Positions 58,901 to 64,000 of a stretch of DNA of 64,000 bases are shown piece by piece. Positions within the stretch are counted from its first letter, which is position 1. Each line of letters opens with the position of its first letter. Below the pieces are notes generated by a model that saw only the letters and a list, made by a program, of their open reading frames with translations, was not told the origin of the DNA and made no database searches. Source of the stretch: Entomortierella parvispora E1425 (Eukaryota > Fungi > Mortierellomycota); assembly GCA_020891255.1 (NCBI GenBank), contig BQFW01000015.1, positions 1,860,001 through 1,924,000 of the forward strand. The letters run 5' to 3'. A program made the position numbers and the translations under genes.

Positions 58901-61900
58901 GAAAATGGTTTACTTGTTCACAGCCAAGGAAGTCTACGTTTCTCATAATCGTGGCGAAAGTTTCGACAAGCACGATTTGCCAGCGCCGCCCAACCAGCTC
59001 GCTATGCCTTTGATTGATTTCCACCCTGACAGCGACAAAAGTGATTGGCTTCTTTACCTTGGACAGAAGGATGGAGAGTGTTTCACTCGACTCTACAGGA
59101 CAACAAACGCTGGTCGAGACTGGGCGCAAGTTGACACTTGGGTTGACAAGGCTGTGTATGCCCGTCATCAGATGTTGGATATGCCTCGTCACGGCATCTA
59201 TTCCATGTCTTGGAAAGTCAAGGATCAACCCGCAAACGTTTGCCAGGATGAACTCTACTCCACCGAGGCAAACCCGCTACAGATGGTGTACATGTTGGAT
59301 ACTGATACGCAGAGACTGGTCAATTTCAACCATGTTGTCCAGTTTTATGTCGTCGATAGATTCTTGGCAGTGGCGGTGGTAATTTCACGTTGTTGCTTCA
59401 TGTGTTTGCATCAAGGCTAAATGGCAATATTTTTCTGACAAACAAGCTTGTTGATCTAACCCACTATTTAGGAGTCCAACGGAGACTTTATCCTGCATGT
59501 TTCAAAGGATGGCTACACTTTCACTGCAGCTCAGTTCCCTCCTAAAATGAGAGTAGACAAGAAGGGATTTACAGTTCTTCAGTCGACAACGGGCAGTCTT
59601 GTGGTGGATGTGGCTAGATCAAACGTGGCTGGCCGTGAACACGGACGATTGTTCAAATCCAACAGCGACGGCACCTACTTTTCAAGCCAACTCGATGACA
59701 CCAACCGTAATGAAAAACAGCTTGTGGACTGGGAAAAAATTGGTGGAATCGACGGTGTTATTCTTGTGAACCAGGTCACCAACCGTCTGACCTTGGCCAA
59801 GGATGGAGAGAAGCATATTAGGAGTTTGATTTCATTCAACGATGGCGGCTCCTGGAACCCAATTCGCCGTCCAACCGGAAGTAACTGCGATGATGATGAG
59901 TGCCACTTGCATCTGCACAGTGTGACAGAGTCGAACGGCCCTGGTGCCGTGTTCAGTTCCTCCTCTGCCGTGGGTCTGGTCATGGGTGTGGGCAATGTCG
60001 GCAAGTCACTGCTGCCCCTAAAGGATTGTCAGACCTACCTCAGTCGCGATGCAGGCAAAACCTGGACAAAAGTCAGTGATACTTGGAACCTGTACGAGTT
60101 TGGCGATGAAGGTGGTGTCATCGTTCGTGTTGATCCCAGTGCTCCGACCCGGGAGGCTTTCTTTTCCTATGACTTTGGGGCTACATGGACCAAGACCTTT
60201 TTCGCGGACTCGCCTGTTGAAGTTGGGACACTCACCACTGAGTCGACTTCTCGCACATCCAAGATTACCATCACTGGCGAGTACGCTGGCGGAGATCGCC
60301 AACCCATTATCTCCACTTTGGACTTTAGCGCTCGTCGCGCATGTGTAATGAAGAAGAACGACCCAGAGAAGAATGACTTTGAAAAATGGTCACCCTTTGC
60401 CGGAGAGGATGATCGCTGTATTCTTGGCAAAGAGGTAAGTTGTCACTTGAAAGAAATGCGCAGATCGACGTTCGCTCCTCCCCCCCCCCCCCCCTTTTTT
60501 TCCCTTTCTTTCTTAATATTCGCCTGGATAGAATGGAAGCGCTGATAATAATTCTTTCTAAACATTTTTATGTATCGCCATAGACTACATACTGGAGGCG
60601 CAAGCCTGATAGATCATGTCGTGTGAATGACGATGACGGTAAACCCGATACGGATGAAGCCCACTGCAAGTGCACTTCCAGAGATTATGAATGTGCGGTT
60701 GGATACTTCCGCGATGTGGCAGGAGAATGTCAACCAGAAGGTCATGACCCAGACAAGCCTGCAAAGTGCACTGGGACTTACACAGGACGTTCTGGACTAA
60801 AGAAGATCGAAGCGAGTGTCTGTGAAGGCGGTGATGATCTGGAAAAGACCAAAGTCGAGCGTCAGTGCAATACGATGAAAGAAGTGGACAGCAAGATGAC
60901 GCCTTTTGAAAACCGATATGATCATAACAGTGATAACTTCTTCTACTTCCCGGATTCTGATGTGAGTTATTTGCTTTATTCATGGACCGCCATCCTCCAT
61001 ACTCTGCCCAGTAACTGATCCCCTTTTCTTATTTTCTGGTCTTATAGGTGGCAATGCTCAAGATTGACGATCAGGTTTTCTTGAGTGACAATGATGGAAA
61101 AGACTGGAGCAAGGTTCCCATCGACGGTGCCATCACCGGTCTTCAGCGCCACCCATTCTCGAAAGAGCGTGCTGTGATCGGAACTGTTGGTCAAAAGCAA
61201 CACTTGACGCAAGACCGTGGTGTCAGCTGGGACGATATTGTGCCTCCACTGCAATCGGCTGCCGCGAACCTTCAGTTGAACCCTTGGTCCTTCCATCCTA
61301 CGCAGCCAGATTGGATAATCTTTATGGGAGAGGATGGATGCAGTTATGAGCGTGATGCTACTTGTCACTCTGTCGCCTTCTACAGTCTGGACTCTGGTAA
61401 AAACTGGAATCAACTGGCAACTTGGGTTCGATCTTGCTCTTGGGCTCGGGACTCTAAATTCACGTTGGTGAATGAGGAAGGCATTTATTGCGAAGAATAC
61501 GCGGACAAGTCCGGTTCGCAAAGAAGTGCCGCCGACAGACAATTGCCGGTTCGCTTCGTTTACACCGATGACTACATGCGATCCCACAGGATTCTCTTTG
61601 ACCAGATTGTTGGATATGCAACCTATTCCAACTATCTGATCGTCGCAGAGGTAAGTATTGATCGCATTATGTTGTCCATCCTGACTTTACAAACCTTATG
61701 AAAGGAAAGAAAAGAGAGAACTGATCCAGGTTACGTTATCCACCCTTATAGTATGTGCCCATTCAGCGTGAGCTTCGAGTATCGGTCTCTACAGACGGCA
61801 TCAACTTCAAGCTAGTTCGCTACCCCCATGGATTTGATATTGTCAACCCAGTAAGTGATTTCCTTTTCGGCATTATGTTCCAGGCGCTCAAGTACGATTA

Positions 61901-63899
61901 GCTGACAGCCCCTGTCCTCGTTTATTATTTTAGGCCTACACTGTACTGGATTCAACCACAATGTCCGTGTTCATGGCCATCACCTCAATTGACCGTGCTG
62001 GATCCAAAGTCGGAAGATTGTTCACCTCGGACTCAAACGGAACCTATTTCTCGCTCTCCAACAAGTACGTTAGCGAGGGAGACCTCGGTAACGTGGATTT
62101 TGAAAAGATGCAGGGTATCGACGGTGTTGCTCTTTTGAACGAGGTCCTTAACCCCAACGAAGCCAATCAAGGAAAGAAGAAGCAGCTTCGTTCTGCAATT
62201 ACTTTTGACAATGGTATAGATTGAATCGATCGAAAAATACTGATTTGAATGGTGTCTTGAATGCATGCTGACCTATAGTATATTTTCTCGCTTCTTTTTA
62301 TCCTTTTTATTAGGTCACTCTTGGAATCCTCTCAAGGCTCCACAGGTGGATTCTGATGACAAAACATACGAGGCTTGCAAGGTACAGCAATCTTTTTACG
62401 AATGTTTATTTGTTATCCCCTTCCTTGTGGAGTTAAGGCAGATCTTGGTGATTGACCTTTGTTCCATCTTTTTTTACTAGAATAACGACTGCTTCCTGAA
62501 TCTTCATAACTACCTGGACCGAAAGCATGTGGAGGATCTTTTCAGTTCGTCATCGATTCCCGGCATGGTGATTGGTGTTGGTAATGTTGGCCAGACTCTT
62601 GGCGCTTATGAGGATGGTAACACCTTCCTGACTCGCGACGGAGGCTTTTCTTGGAAAGAGATCTTGAAGGGCCCTTACCAATACGACTTTGGTGACCAAG
62701 GAAGTATCATCTTGTTGGCCAAGGACAATGATGCGCCTACGGACTGGATCATGTACTCGTTGGATCACGGCGAGACGTTCAAACAATTCATTTTCACGAC
62801 CGAGAAGGTGATTATCAAGGATATTATGACCAAGCCCAACGGTATCGGCAAGTCCTTCATGCTCTTTGCCCATCCCCCTTCAGGCTCCTCCCGAGGCATG
62901 AGGCAGCTACTCTTCCAGATTGATTTCGAAGGACTGGATTATCCAAAGTGTGTCTTGAACCTGGACGATGAGACCCATGACGACTTTGAGCGATGGAGTC
63001 TGGGCGATTTGAGAGGCACTCCCGACAAGTGTATGTTTGGTCGCAAGGTCGAGTACTTCCGAAGAATCGCCAAAGCCCAGTGTTTTGTAGGCGAACTGGC
63101 GGTCAACCCTCGCGAGATCACACAGGCATGTCAGTGCACAGAGAGGGATTTCGAGTGCGATTACAATTATGAGCCGAACGAGTCGGGTCAATGTGTCCTG
63201 ATCGAGGGCGCGACCCCCGTTACCGTGGATGAGAAAGAGGTTTGCGCCAACCTGCCCGCTGGTCAAGACTTTTTTTACGAGTCGATAGGCTACCGCAAGA
63301 TGGCCTTCTCCAGCTGTGTGGGCGACCATGAGCGGTTCGGAACCAAGAGGTATTGCCCAGGCCGTGGAGGACTCGGGTTCTTCTCTTGGGTTGGCATCTT
63401 GTTGGGCTCTGGCGCATTGGCTTACGGTGTCATCTGGGGCTTGAACAATTACAAGGGACGATTCGGTCGGGGCTCCTTTATCCGTCTGGGCAACGATGTC
63501 TACGATCAGATGCATTTGCCAAGATCGTCGTCCTTGCCGACTATGAACATGCCTCGATCCTTCTCTCGGTCCTGGGGACGCTTCCATGTGCCTAATATGG
63601 TGTACCAAGCTTGGGACAAGGTCACCTCCACTGCGGGTGCCATCGTGCCCCAACGGGTCCGAGGCTTCTTCTCACGCGGAAGTGGATACCGGTACCAGAA
63701 CTTGAGTCAAGAGCCAGGGGAGGTGATCATGGATGATTACTTTGATCATTACCTGGACGACGACGATGAGGATCATGCCTCGGCTACGGTCCTGGGCGAC
63801 GTCGGACTTCGGGATGGACTCGAGGATGCCCAAGAGCGTTACCGGGACGAGTCTGACGAGGACGATGATGGTGAAGAGGATTTGGATACAATGGTTTAG
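55961..63899 (+). CDS. VPS10: Vacuolar sorting receptor Vps10/Pep1 with three tandem Vps10 modules (multi-exon)
   Basis: Signal peptide; many BNR/Asp-box repeats (SxDxGxTW); three 10CC segments (CTDEDFECDYNY, CTSRDYECAVGY, CTERDFECDYNY); TM WVGILLGSGALAYGVIWGL; tail with YQNL and an acidic cluster. Stop at 63897-63899. Confidence 0.95.
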
Positions 63900-64000
63900 G
63901 GCAAAAAAAAAAAAAAAAACTGCGCAGAAATGTTTTTTTTTTGTTCATTAGAAATGGAATAAAAAAAACAAAAGACTTTTTATTTTTTTGACGATGACTG

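Overview
Intron-rich fungal genomic DNA. An early-diverging lineage, probably Mortierellomycota/Mucoromycota, is inferred from gene content and intron style but not proven. In order, the window holds: a DHA2-type MFS transporter, a decayed histidine-phosphatase fragment, VPS54, a Pep12/Vam3-like syntaxin, a secreted bacterial-type sphingomyelinase C, a GT49 (LARGE/B4GAT1-like) glycosyltransferase, VPS1, a small PY-motif membrane protein, a divergent cyclin, SGT2, MED20, an RNAi RNA-dependent RNA polymerase, RAD26/CSB, a Hal4/Sat4-type kinase, a ~10 kb gene-poor block (42.1-52.2 kb: decayed ORFs, a degenerate repeat family, one small secreted Cys protein, tRNA-Gly), a LEA_2-like membrane protein, SDH7 and VPS10. 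Best leads: (1) an intron-containing fungal gene closely resembling Bacillus/Staphylococcus sphingomyelinase C (horizontal-transfer candidate); (2) a Vps10 with three rather than two luminal modules, with shared intron positions; (3) an obligatory 7-nt microexon directly after the RdRP catalytic DLDGD motif; (4) a CCGTTGCCAG-core repeat family at 43.5-44.7 kb; (5) an orphan secreted crystallin-like candidate toxin/effector. Exon boundaries were read by eye and no database searches were run; family calls rest on remembered motifs.
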